Under the pieces are notes generated by a model. The model saw only the letters and a list, made by a program, of their open reading frames with translations. It was not told the DNA's origin and did not search any database. Positions 1 through 11,684 of a DNA stretch of 64,000 bases are shown piece by piece. The stretch lies in the NCBI GenBank assembly GCA_001949185.1, contig BDGG01000016.1:961432-1025431 (forward strand). Reading direction: 5' to 3'. Origin of the DNA: Ramazzottius varieornatus (lineage: Eukaryota > Animalia > Tardigrada). Position numbers and translations under genes: made by a program. How positions within the stretch are numbered: position 1 is the stretch's first letter; each line of letters begins with the position of its first letter.

Positions 1-22
1 TTCATGCTTCATGTGCTTGTAG

Positions 23-439
23 GGTAACGGAGCCATCCAGAAGGGTATGCCTTTCAAATTCTACCACGGTAAAACCGGACGCGTCTACAACGTGACAAAG
101 CGAGCTGTCGGAGTTATCGTCAATAAGCGAGTCAGGTTAGCACCGACATCCTTGAGTAGTCTTTCCTATGTCATAGAATAGTGGGTGTGTGTATGCAGGA
201 CGAGGATCATTCCCAAGAAGATCAACGTTCGAATTGAGCACGTCCACCACAGCAAATGCAGACAAGATTTCGTTACCCGTGTCAAGGATAACGATGCCAG
301 GCGAAAGGCTGCTCGTGAGAGTGGACACTCGGTCGAACTTAAACGACGTCCCGTCGAGCCCAGGAAGGCTCACTTTGTCAAGACCGCAAAGAACAAGCCT
401 CAGTTGGTTGAGCCTCTCGCTTACGAATTTGTCGCCTAA
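23..439 (+). CDS. RPL21: 60S ribosomal protein L21 (eL21), 3' exons only (23-135, 199-439); 5' end outside window
   Basis: Spliced translation [62 protein letters not shown]...YEFVA; GT-AG intron 136-198. Confidence 0.96.
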
Positions 440-834
440 ACCCGTCATGTACTAATCACATCGTTTCCTCTTCGAGTTAAAACAAAATTGGCGTAATCGA
501 TTTCCATCCTGTCTGTTGTTTCTCGCTGAAGATAATGGTACGATCGTTTATCAGTAAAACGACTCGAAGGAAAGAATGCTCCTGATTGCAGTTTCGATCA
601 AAATCTGTGATATTTCATCGGGCCACACGAAAGTTAAGCGAACGCTTGCCGAACAGGAAAAAGCTAAAGAACAGGAATACAATACTCAAACGGTAAAACC
701 CAGAGCACTCAACACTCTAAGTTAGGCGTCGAACGTGAAGAGAAGATAGCCTTTGGCACAAACATTCAGAACAAAAATTCGAAGGTTTTGCAAAAGTGAG
801 AAAATTAATTTCGAAAGAAGAGTTCAATACAGTT

Positions 835-1792
835 TCAAGCGCTTCTTTTCCTTTCTCTCCTTTCGGGCTTCCTGCTCTGTATGGCTTTCGGTGGAGGAGC
901 TCCACCGCCCAACAGCTGCGACATCATCGACGACAGGTCCATCGGCTGAGAGGCCATATTGAGGGTCGACTGCATTTCCTGTAAGAATCATTCTACAAAA
1001 TATGGTCCAGTAAACCGGATAAACTCGGAATGGAATTCGGACGAAATCTGACACCAATATTCTCAGTTCTTATTCCTCTGCGGTATTTACCCTGGAAGCT
1101 TCAGGGTCGACCTGCGAAAGCAATTTCGGTATTCCGATCATCACGAGCAGCGGAAGTACCATCATGAGGACCTGTCAATAAAGAGCTAATGAAATTCCTG
1201 CAAAATCCTGTTCAACATACACGACTGCTTTGTTCGCGTTACCATCGGATTCATGAGCATATCTGTAATCCTCATGGCTTCCTTCGCCTGAAAGTATGTC
1301 GCCTTTCGTTGAAGTTTCAACCTGAGAGGATAGGCTAGTTGGTTCTGCCCAGCGCCTCCTTCGCTTCCATCACGACGTGCTCGGATCTTTCCCTTGGACG
1401 AAATATCCACTCGAGCAGCCTCGAAGAGGAACTCAGGATGGTAGACTTCAACTAGATAGGATCCTGGTGGTACTCCGTAGACTGTGAACGATTCACGGTC
1501 CTCACTGAAAGCACAGAGAGATTAACATTGAAATTTCTGACATATTCGGGAATACTCACTTTAAAAATCCAAAATATTCTCCGCCGTCCAATGCGATCTT
1601 GGTCCTGACTCCATCGATGAACTTGGTGTCGTGCGACTTTACGTAGACCAGTTTACCCTCCACAGCATATAGATCTGAATCGGAGGAAGAAGCTGAGGGA
1701 GATGGATCTTTCGCAGGAACATTTTGCGCACTGGAGAAGAAATTTGTCCCTGTAACCACCGTTAACGAAAGGAGAAGATGCAGAAGGTCCAT
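835..1792 (-). CDS. EMC7: ER membrane protein complex subunit 7 (multi-exon)
   Basis: Signal peptide, then GGEYFGFLK / FTVYGVPPGSYLVEV..ARVDISSKGKIRAR..YFQAKEAMRITDMLMNPM / VLMMVLPLL..PK; last exon EMQSTLNM...ERKRSA* with stop at 835-837. Confidence 0.9.
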
Positions 1793-2112
1793 AGGACTAG
1801 GTTCGTCCCTCCCGAACGAAGGTGGTGATGAGACCTACAAGCAAAGTCAGTAAAATCTGAGTATCCTGAAGAGGAAGAAGAGGAAGAAGACGAAGGAAGA
1901 AGATGAACTGATGAGTGATGAAGCACAAGGAGACAACTTCAACCAAGATGATCATCAATCAGCACGTTCACTTCATGACGTCAGGCTGGTACCGCTAAAA
2001 CCGCTTCGACCGTCCGACGGATCCGCTCCGTTTGTGGTTGGCAAGCGCAGAACAGTACAGAGCTCACCGAACGCCCCTGTTGTCGCGAGCTTTGGTAAGG
2101 CCTCGAGTGGTT

Positions 2113-2155
2113 CAGTCTGCCTGACCAGTCTGCCTGACCAGTCTGCCTGACCAGT
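2113..2155. repeat. 13-bp tandem repeat (CAGTCTGCCTGAC) x3.3
   Basis: Three perfect copies visible directly. Confidence 0.9.
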
Positions 2156-3021
2156 GGGCAGTGGCCAGAGCGGCAGAGCCCCCAGACTCCAGAGGAACAA
2201 CGTTGTAACAGTTGATTTCTTGCAGAAAAGTACCGGTAAACAAAACTTGGATACCGTGTCGGACTTGCATTTTGAACCTTCGCACTATTAGTGGTACTTC
2301 TGTCCGAGAACGTCCGCGTTATTCCAGAGTGGACCGACTGTAACGAAGACTTCAGCGAGTGGAAGAGTTGAAAGATGTCGATCCCCGAGTTGCGGGATAG
2401 CGCGCGTTCTTCGCGAGAGAAGATCTGGCACAAGTCGAAGCGAGCCAAGCAACTCCTCAAACAATTGTGGCTCGACTTCCGGTAATAGACGTCTCCAAAA
2501 AATATAATACTATCTGTGCTATACCGTTGTTCCAGGTGGGAAAATTAGTGCAGAGCTGCGTATCCACGTTGCGGAACTGCAACTCAGTCGTCCTCATCCA
2601 ACCGGAAGTCGCTTTTCCGAGCTCTTACACTCTCCAGATACTCCCCAAGGTTTCCTTCGTCAGTGCCGCTCCCGCCACACGACATCTCCGTTGAGGCTCC
2701 GTTGAGCCGGTGTCCCGTCTCTTGTCGGCGATATGGACGCCGGAGAGCCGATACTGTGCGAAGCACCGAGTACTACGGCCTAGCCGAACGAAGCGCCCAG
2801 TGGAGAACCGTGAGAGTTTCACCTGGCTCGTTGCTTCACAGGCTAGCAGCCTTATCTGTTGTCACTTGATTCCTTACGGTGTCTTTTCAGCATCCTTGAA
2901 CAGATATCCGAGACCGTATCAACTCTCGAAGTCTGGCGGTGGTATGATGATTCCGTTTTGCCTGGTGGATCTTCGCCTTTCTTCGCTTACACCATCATAT
3001 CGTCATATCGGTTGGCCAACA

Positions 3022-3140
3022 AGCAAAACGTACAAGATCGACTAGATCGTGTTTCTTCAAATAGCGCACGTACTCCTTTCTAATAGCTGGGGATGTGCGC
3101 CGCTTCAGAAAGCGATGTTGTACGGTTTCACATAAATTGC
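3022..3140. mobile_element. Palindromic GTGGCGCAC-family element (degenerate, intergenic)
   Basis: AATAGCGCACG...GTGCGCCGCTT hairpin. Confidence 0.65.
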
Positions 3141-3669
3141 CATGCTTCGGTTTCAGACAACAAGAGAGTTTCTGGAAACCACAGATATATCGACCGACCA
3201 ACAGGTAAATTGTATTTAGGTATAAACGGGATTTGATGGGATACTTACAAGTCAGGGCACTTTACCCTCGAAATGGTGCCGTATTAACATTTTGAAAGAC
3301 TCTTCAGAAAGACGAAACTTGTCTTTTTAGTGCAACATCCCGCCCCATCGGTGAGTAAACAGAGATCGCCATGCAAGTCGACAGGCCATCCATCTTATTG
3401 TATAAAGTGAAGTATCGTATGGATCAGTTACCACATTGTCCGCCACATTTGTTTGTTGTATCAATAAATAATAACCATCGCTTCTGTCAGTTGTCTCTCA
3501 CTCTTACACCTCTCCGTCTTTTGTCTCAACATCTGTGGTTTATCATTCTCTTGTTTCTGTAGAATGTTTCTTGTTGTGTACTTCAGCTAGGGCGGCATGC
3601 AACATCGAAGTATGCGGCTGGGGAACTTTTGATGAACCTCGAAAAACTTCACTTCCGGTCAGTTCGGGC

Positions 3670-6600
3670 ATGATGGATACTACCGACGAGACGCTTCCCG
3701 AAACGAGCTCTCCTTCGGCGTTTAAGTCCAGCGAAGTTAAAGACTTACAATCGGCTCATAAGCCTCTCAGGTTCTGTCAGAGTATCGGCGAGGACTCGGC
3801 CATCGGTATGCAGCTGCCTGATGAGGCTCTCCTCAACAACGCCGACACCGTCTCCGAAAATTCCTTCCGCTCGGTTTCCCAAACGGATGATCGTATCCTC
3901 CTCAATGCTGAACCTGCTGATTCGGTTTCAATGGCACCAACTGAGCAGCCTACCTTCAGCAAGGACATGAACCCGAACCGACATGTTCCCCTTGGGCGGC
4001 AACGGTCAACTGACACCAGTAAGTTCTTCTCGGTCACCCCATCTTCTTGCCCTCCTTCCAGACAGAACTCCGTCGTTCAAGAATCTGCATTTGAGACGTA
4101 CAACCCCATGTTCTCCCGAGCTCCTCCCTCTGTTGTGAACCATGGTCCTCACGTGATACACCACGCGAACACTTTTCCGGCCCTTCACCCCATAAACGAA
4201 GTGCAATCTATGGCGGGACCTCAGTACCAAATGCGGAACTTTCAATATGCCTCTCAACCACAAGCAGTTCTTCATGCTTCGAATGGTCAGCTGGTGCCTT
4301 TAAGGGGACCAGGTTATGGAGCCATGTGTAACATGGGGAATAATGGAGCGAGTTTGTATGGTTCTCCATACTATACGGTACAGTCCCCACCGTCAATTAG
4401 CGATATGTCCCGAATGTCATCCCAAGCTTGCTTCAGTCCCGAGCAACCTTATGACGTCCGGGTGTCCTTCCCTTTCCCGAAACCTCCTGTCCAGAAGACG
4501 GAAAGTTTGGTGACCAGTAATGCTTCCATGTACTATACGGAGGATATCGCGGCGTTGCGACCGCTGCATACGCGTCCGTCGCATGGTTCTTCCAGTTCGG
4601 ATGAGGAAGTGTCGAAGAAGATGAAGAACCGCTTGTTCAGGTAATTTAAACTTTCATCCGGATTTCGCATGCAAACTAGTCTTGGTATCGAAAGCGGAAG
4701 TTGAAAGATAAGGTCCCAATGGGACATCGGCGAACTAAATTAACGAGTATCGTTGTTCCAAGTGGAGCACGCTGTCAGCTAGTGACTTCGAAAGCGTGCA
4801 ACACTCGTTAGAAACTTAAAACGATCTTGTAGAGTTTGCTCCCCATTAATACTTGACATAAATGTATATCAATTAAGAAGAACTTTTTTGATTATAATCA
4901 TATCCGTTTTTCTTTGTTTATAGGCATGTGATCACAAAGACGCTGAGTAGTGTCTACGCCATCTTTGTCATCGTGTTGGGGGCCATTCTTTACGTAAATG
5001 ACGTGCTGGGGACGGTCGGACACAGTTACGTCGAGGTAAGGTGATCCGTGAGAATATTAAAGTATCGCTAGTCGATCGGGGGGATAGTTGATGTGGTCTT
5101 ACAGCTCTTGCCTGATGCCTCGAGTATCCACCCCGGAGCAAAGTAACCATGTCTCTCAGAGTGCAGTTCTAACGACCTGGGTTCGACCACGGTCTGTGAG
5201 GTTTTCGGTTTCCGAATAAACCAGACATAGTTTATGTAAGAATTACGGGTCCTTCGCATAAATTTATCGGTCAGCTCCGGGTTTACAAGTCTTCCTTCCC
5301 CAAAATCAGATTTCTAAAAGTTTTCCTCGGTACTTCCGGGTCCGCTTTGCTTCCTGCTACCTGTGCTTCTTGGACCCGGATGGTATAGAAATTCGTTCTC
5401 GTCAACGATCCACAAGTTCTTCGCTTGTCGGACAACGAACGAGTATCTGTTGTAACGTTATACCGCAACGTGACGAAGATCCAGCAGCGGGCCTTACGTT
5501 GCTGATCAGGAGTCGAAAACAATGTGTAACGTTTCTGAATAATTTTGTGGTCAGTATGACGGACCACGTTTCCACACTATGGCTATTATGCTTGGGTTTG
5601 ATACACGTGCCGATTGAACCCGTTCAAACACTTCACGATGAAGAGTCCCAAATCATTATGATAAGACTCACTTCAAGACATCAAGTGCAGTAAAAAAATG
5701 TATCAAAAAATTTTATATGAACAATTTAACGCCGATTTTCATTGGAGAACGTTCGCCTTGACATAGAATCGGAAAATCCTATTTTATTTCCGCTAATTCC
5801 GTTTTCAAGATGGCAGCACTTGGAATTCAAGAGATCAATAAGTGCGGTTTCAGGTGTTCCAGATATACTTATTTATGATCGCCATCACATTCTACATATT
5901 TATTCACATCGACATCCGGCGTCACCTTCAAACTCAAAGACTCGATGAACTTGCCTGCGAAGAGGAAAACGCCGCCTTGGCGGATGTCACTCGTGATTTC
6001 CATGCTCGTGGTCCTTCCAAGACCACACCGCTAAACCTCCGATATGGGAATGATCCAACGCTGCGCGATGCTCGATTCGAGGAACTTGAAGAACCATCAG
6101 TCTACCGGTTCAACACGGGCCGACATGCCGGAAGTCTTTACCTCAAACTTGGAGCCGTCGGTTAGTTTAAAAATATTGAAACAAATTCAAGAAATTGGAC
6201 GTCGGCAAATGATGTCTCCCAGATGGTATTCTCAGGTCACGCATTTTTACATTGCTATAGGGTGACAGAGTGCGCCACCTCGAGAGACGATCTTGTCAAT
6301 TTTGGTTTTCTTAAGTGGCGCACATTGCATTAATATTTAGTGAGAGCGTGCGCCGTTTGATAAAAACGATCTGGGTAAATCCATTTGTCGACGTCCCAAA
6401 TACTCTTATACATAGGTATCAATTCCGTTTCTGTATCTTATATTAAAACTATAGTAATCAGTCTTTGTTCTAGCGTTTTGCTTCGGCAGTATGATCCATG
6501 ACGGACTGGTCTTCAGCAAGCGTCTGGACATTGCCGTCACACAGCTGCACTCATCATGCATGAACATAATTGACCTCTTCACTCCGGCACTCAACCTTGT

Positions 6601-8372
6601 CTTCTCTTTCTACCAACTCTACTTTATTTTCAAACATTCCAACGTAAGTTGATACATTTACAGTGTACTGTACGCCGCAACTCGACTCTGAAGTCCATGC
6701 TGACTGCTTACAGATTATCATTTACCGGTACCAAGAGATTGCGCGCTTCGGAGTCATGCACTCCATCGCCGTCAACCTCTGCGTATGGTTCCGGACGCTG
6801 GTCGACGAAACCATCGATGAGTTTTCCAGAAAGTGGAGTGGTGAAGGCTATGATATCAAGGAAGCCACGCATAAATTACCAGACCTGATGAAGCTGGTGG
6901 CCGAAGATCCAGGATGGCATCCGCCGGCGCCGCCCTCTGCCGCTGTGACTTTTACAGCTTCACGAGGTACTGTACCTCCCCGAAGAATTCAAAACCGACA
7001 CCGCTCTGTTAATCTACAGAAAATCCCAACCATCACTCCTTTTCTGTAACCCTAAATCATCAGTTCTTGCGGTCTAAATTTTCGTAGTACTGAGTTAAAT
7101 TCCAAAAGACCATTTACGGCTGGCAAACGAAACTCTCGAGATTGTTGTCTCAAATAGCGCATCGCAGCATTGTAACTGGCTGAGAGCGTGCGCCACTCAA
7201 GACGGTGATCCTGCACGTCTCATTTGGCAGCCCCGTTTCCCAATTTTCGTTTTATTTCTCGTTTTATCATCATAAATCAATATTAGAATCAAAGTAGAAA
7301 TTTTCAGGTACCGAAAACACCTCATGCATCATTTGAAGTAATATTATTCCCGTGACCAAAAATGTCTGACGTGGTTCCTCCGTAATTTTTCCGGACGACG
7401 GTCAACTTATGATGTTTTCTAGGTGCCGATTCAAACCATACCTTAGCCTCATTGACCATCTGCCAAGCCGAGACGGTCCTGGCCAACATCGCCCAAGAAG
7501 CCGCACCCTACCTTTACCCCTTCACCATCGAATACACACTGATTGCCGCCGCCGTCTGGTACCTCATCTGGACCAACATTGACGCCCCCGAAGAGTCCCA
7601 TCGTCCACCTCGTCCCTCTCCCTACATCGCCAACGATGAGCACACCGGCTCCTCTGACCAACAGCACCACAGCAAGGGCACCTCCAGCATGATCCACGTC
7701 GACTGTCGCTCGACGAACCGCGGCCTCTTCCCCGGCATCCTGGTCCTGGTCTGCACGGTCATCAGCATCATCATCTTTTTCGTCACCATCGCCGCCGAAG
7801 AATACACAGCGACGGCTTTGATAATCAACAACGTTTCTGAGTTGTCTTTGTATTGCATAACCGCCATCGTAACGATATTCGCTTTCCGCGAAACGTCAAA
7901 GTTGAATCTGAATCCGTCGGCAATGAAGCATACGTTAGATGATTTCCTGCTCTTCATCGCTTTGCCGTGTTTCTTCATTTTCAGCTTCTTTAGCATTATA
8001 GCCGGTATCGCCGCCAAGAACCCGCTGTCGATCGTGGTCAACACGGCCTCGATGGTGCAGGTCATCTTGCAGACCACCTTCATCTTTGACGGACTGCGCC
8101 GATGCTCTAACGACCAAGGTCTGCAGAAAAAGAAGCCGGGCAGAGAGATGATCACCTTTCTGATTGTCTGTAACGTGGCCATGTGGACCTTCAGCACCTT
8201 CGAGATCAAGCGGTCCGAAACCAACCCCAGCCAGATGCTCTTTTACGGAGAGTTCGAGTGGAGTATCATCTCGCATTTGTCAGTGCCGCTGACCATCTTT
8301 TATCGCTTCCACTCGTCGGTGTGCTTGGCTGATATTTGGAGATTTGCCTACCAACCAGCGGAGACCCACTAA
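3670..8372 (+). CDS. Otopetrin-family proton channel (about 6 exons; long disordered N-terminus)
   Basis: HAGSLYLKLGAVG, ARFGVMHSIAVNLCVWFRTLVDET, YLYPFTIEYTLIAA, VDCRSTNRGLFPG, KKPGREMITFLIVCN and PLTIFYRFHSSVCL otopetrin motifs; start codon position inferred. Confidence 0.93.
4721..4844. mobile_element. Palindromic element, otopetrin intron
   Basis: CAAGTGGAGCACG...CGTGCAACACT with flanking arms. Confidence 0.7.
6197..6397. mobile_element. Palindromic element, 2-hairpin array, otopetrin intron
   Basis: GGACGTCGGC...GTCGACGTCCC ends, two cores. Confidence 0.8.
7120..7233. mobile_element. Palindromic element, otopetrin intron
   Basis: Core plus arms. Confidence 0.7.
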
Positions 8373-10132
8373 GAAAAAGACCACTTACCCTTATCGTGTA
8401 TTCTATTTAGGCTTCTCACTTTTATTTTCTCAAAGCCATTTCTGTCACTTTCTATGCACAGTAATGTATTAGGTGCAGAAGTATAACTTGCAACTTTTCG
8501 GGCACTAGTTTTCAAATTTTTTCTGTAAATTTGGCCGATGTCCTTTCTCTTCTTCCCTATGCCATATGTTGTAGACCAACATTCTTCTTTTTTCTGCAGC
8601 AACAATCAGCCCCCTGCGTTGACAACAGGCAGAGAACGTTGAATTTAAAGCTGCAAGAGGAAGATTTTTTTCCTGCTTTTCTTGATTTTTTTCTCCGCGC
8701 CATAGCTCAACAGATTTTTGAAGCCAGTCATACCATTCATTAGAAGAGGGTTTAGGTCTTCGTAATGGCGGTCAGAAGTTACCTTACTGCGACTTCTGGA
8801 ATTTGAAAAGCAAGAATTCCCGTTTTTCGGGGTGCAAAAACGATCTTCAAAATGCGTGATTTTAGCGGGGTGGCGAGAATTGACTTTGTCCTGCCTCACG
8901 GACTTCTTGTAAGCTCTCGATGGGCCGCTCGGCAGATTCGACAGGGTGGGCTTTATGTTCAGCCGAAGTCGATCCGCGATTGAACTCTTCCAGCTCGCGA
9001 TCGTAGAACGTAGAATTTGGCTTTTGGTTTCATGTCCGGATTTCGACCCGTACAACTTTAGCAGCCAAGGTTTTCAAAGAAACCTGATGAAGGTTTTGCA
9101 GGAACGTTTATCGGAGTATGATATGAACCCATAACAGGATTTCTGAAAGAATCTGGACGTCCGAGAAAATTGTTTGACCGTTGGTGCCACGTTTTTCGCA
9201 AAACGGTCAGTTTTACTAAATTAATTGTGCAGCACGACTAGTATTGACGATTTGATTATTCAGCAGCACATTCGAAAGGCAAATGATGGTGCATCACAGT
9301 GCAAAAGATTTGGAAGCAAACGCTTTTCCCGAAAGAAAGATATGATTTTTTAAGATAGACGTTCAGAAAACAGTTGCAAGTCATACAATTCCGCACCTAA
9401 GAGCGTATAGTAAAATTGCACCCTGAATTCGACGTTAGGAACTTTAACTAGTGAAAAGGATATCAGAAACGAAGTTTTGCGGTAAGTGACCGTGAGAATT
9501 GGATTGAAGAAGAACTTACTCGAGGTTTCGTCCCAATGAACTTATCGGCGAGCTGCAGTTTCATCTGGTCTTTGGATATCTGCGTTTCCAGGTCGATGAT
9601 GGAACCTCGGCGTCGTCCAATGAACAACCCAATCACACTCGTAACAAGTATTGCTTCATCCAGTTCATCGGACAGAGGTACTTGAAGTTCTACAGGGCAA
9701 CACAGAGACGCTGTCACAATGAAAGCGAAGCGAACGGTGAACCGTAAACCACAGAGCTTTGGTTAAAGTCCCGGTGGACACTGGACAGTGGACATATCGG
9801 CATAACGAAACACGATATGACATGACATAAATTACAGCTCCACGCGAAGTTCGGCCTCTGGAAGCGTGCACGTGTAGCTTATTGGCTTATTTTTAGTGCT
9901 GCGCAAGTGCGACCCCGCCTTACCGAATGCGACGTCTTTTCATGCTGTCTATGTCTGCCAAAATCCGCAATGCGGAATCCGGATTCCTGATCGTTTCCTT
10001 CGATCGTAAAAGTTTCATTCGTACTTCGTTCTTTCGCTATTCCACAGGCACTTGTTTGTTTTCTTGCGAGTAGACCCATCTTTGAGTGGCCTGTCGGGCA
10101 AGCGCAGGACATCCGGTGGAAAGCGTGCAAAG

Positions 10133-11311
10133 ATGGCTTCGGTGGCGACAGGACAGACTACGATCGGCTTTCCGGAGCCCGTTTCCTTCGTCATCGATCT
10201 GACCATTCCCAAGTTTTCATCTCTGATAACCCAGACTGATGGCATTGAGTCCGCCGAGGTGCTGACATGCAAATCCAGTTGGACACTGAAACTTTATCCG
10301 CTAGAGACGACCGACGAGGGAACCAGTTGTGTAGCTGCTTACTTCTATCGGAAATGCCTCAATAATAATGATCGTCCGATAATCTACGTGGAGAGCCAAT
10401 TCAGGTTAGTAGAACTTTGAGTTTTGTATCAGCAGGTGGTCATGTTTGTACCGTTATTGACTTCCCTGTAACGTATAGAGCTCAGTTCTCAGCAGATGAT
10501 ACGCGTACTGTATTTCTTAGCGTCATGACTGTGAAGAATGGGACGGCTTCAAAGGCAACTTGGAAATTCTGTCGGGATTTTCACCAGCTTTTCGGATTAA
10601 TCCCGCCCACGGAAACCCAACAGAGGTACGGAGCACGACCGCTCATTCTTCATTCTAGTCTTTGGGGAGACGGTGCAACTCTTCACCTTGACCATGATAC
10701 GCTGACTTGAGGCAAGGTGCACGGTCCTAGAAGAATACCAAAAGTACCGAAGTCGCCTGATGAGTGACGTCTTGCTGAAAAGGAACACCAAAATGCACTC
10801 CTCGGATATTGGCCGTGACTTTGTCTTGGTCTCCTCTGAGGGGACCGAGCATCCAGTCCATAAGGTTGTTTTGAGTGCTGCGTCCCCCGTCTTTTGTCGA
10901 ATGTTCAGTTCAAACCTGGAAGAATGTAAGACTGGCCGATGTGAGATTCCGGACATTGACGACGCCACCCTGACCGGACTTGTGCGTTACATGTATCTGG
11001 GCTGCCTGGAGTGTGTGAAGGAAGATGCCAAGAAGCTGCTGGCCGCAGCCGATAAGTACCAAGTCTTGGATCTGAAGAACCACTGCCAGAATGTACTGAT
11101 CGACAACCTGAACATGGACAATGTGGTGGACTTGCTGTTTTTTGCCCAACAGATGGTCACTGCCGAACTGAAACAAGCGGCGCTTCGATACATGGCTGCT
11201 GACCCCGGAAAGACCATGGCTTCTGCTGGTATGGACAGTCTGCTTGGTTCTGGAAAGACGGAGTTGATCACTGAGGTCTTCACCGCTATGCTCAAACTAC
11301 CCAAGAATTGA
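10133..11311 (+). pseudogene. MATH-BTB (SPOP/TDPOZ-like) gene with a frame break at ~10708
   Basis: Exon 1 10133-10404 (SWTLKLYP...MATH strand), exon 2 from 10521 ending ...LHLDHDTLT*; BTB/BACK (DFVLVSSEGTEHPVHKVVLSAASPVFCRMF, LLAAADKYQVLDLKNHC) continues in the +1 frame to 11311. Domain call is firm; pseudogene status is not. Confidence 0.7.
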
Positions 11312-11684
11312 TCCTTGGCTCTGGCGAAACGTTGGTACTTTTCTCTGATAGCCTTCTCTTTTAGCGATTCATGCTTTGTTCCCTGCAACTGGTTCAGGCA
11401 CTTCAATGATACAGTTCAGCTGGAGAGAACCTTGGTTGTGAGTACGGGCAGATAGATATATTGCAGTAATACAACGATATCAATTCTTTTAGTTTTATAA
11501 AGTCATAATGCAGTGCAACCAGTATGAAACGATTCAAGTTACAAAAGAAGAATACAAAGAGATCAAAATGAGAAGTGCCCTTCTCGCGTCTGGTTACTGA
11601 GATCTTTCGTGGGGAAAACATACATTGGTAAGTTCTAAAGGCTTGTTGTCGGAATTCCCTGCAATGAAGAATATTCGGTGGCAC

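Noticed and set aside
1911-3201. Cluster of short ORFs upstream of EMC7, including the 159-aa minus ORF 1981-2460
   Set aside because: No recognisable domain, and I could not assemble a consistent spliced frame; left unannotated.
7622-8276. Antisense ORFs over the last otopetrin exon (similar ones over BTB, HGSNAT and SEC24)
   Set aside because: Expected antisense shadows of codon-biased exons.
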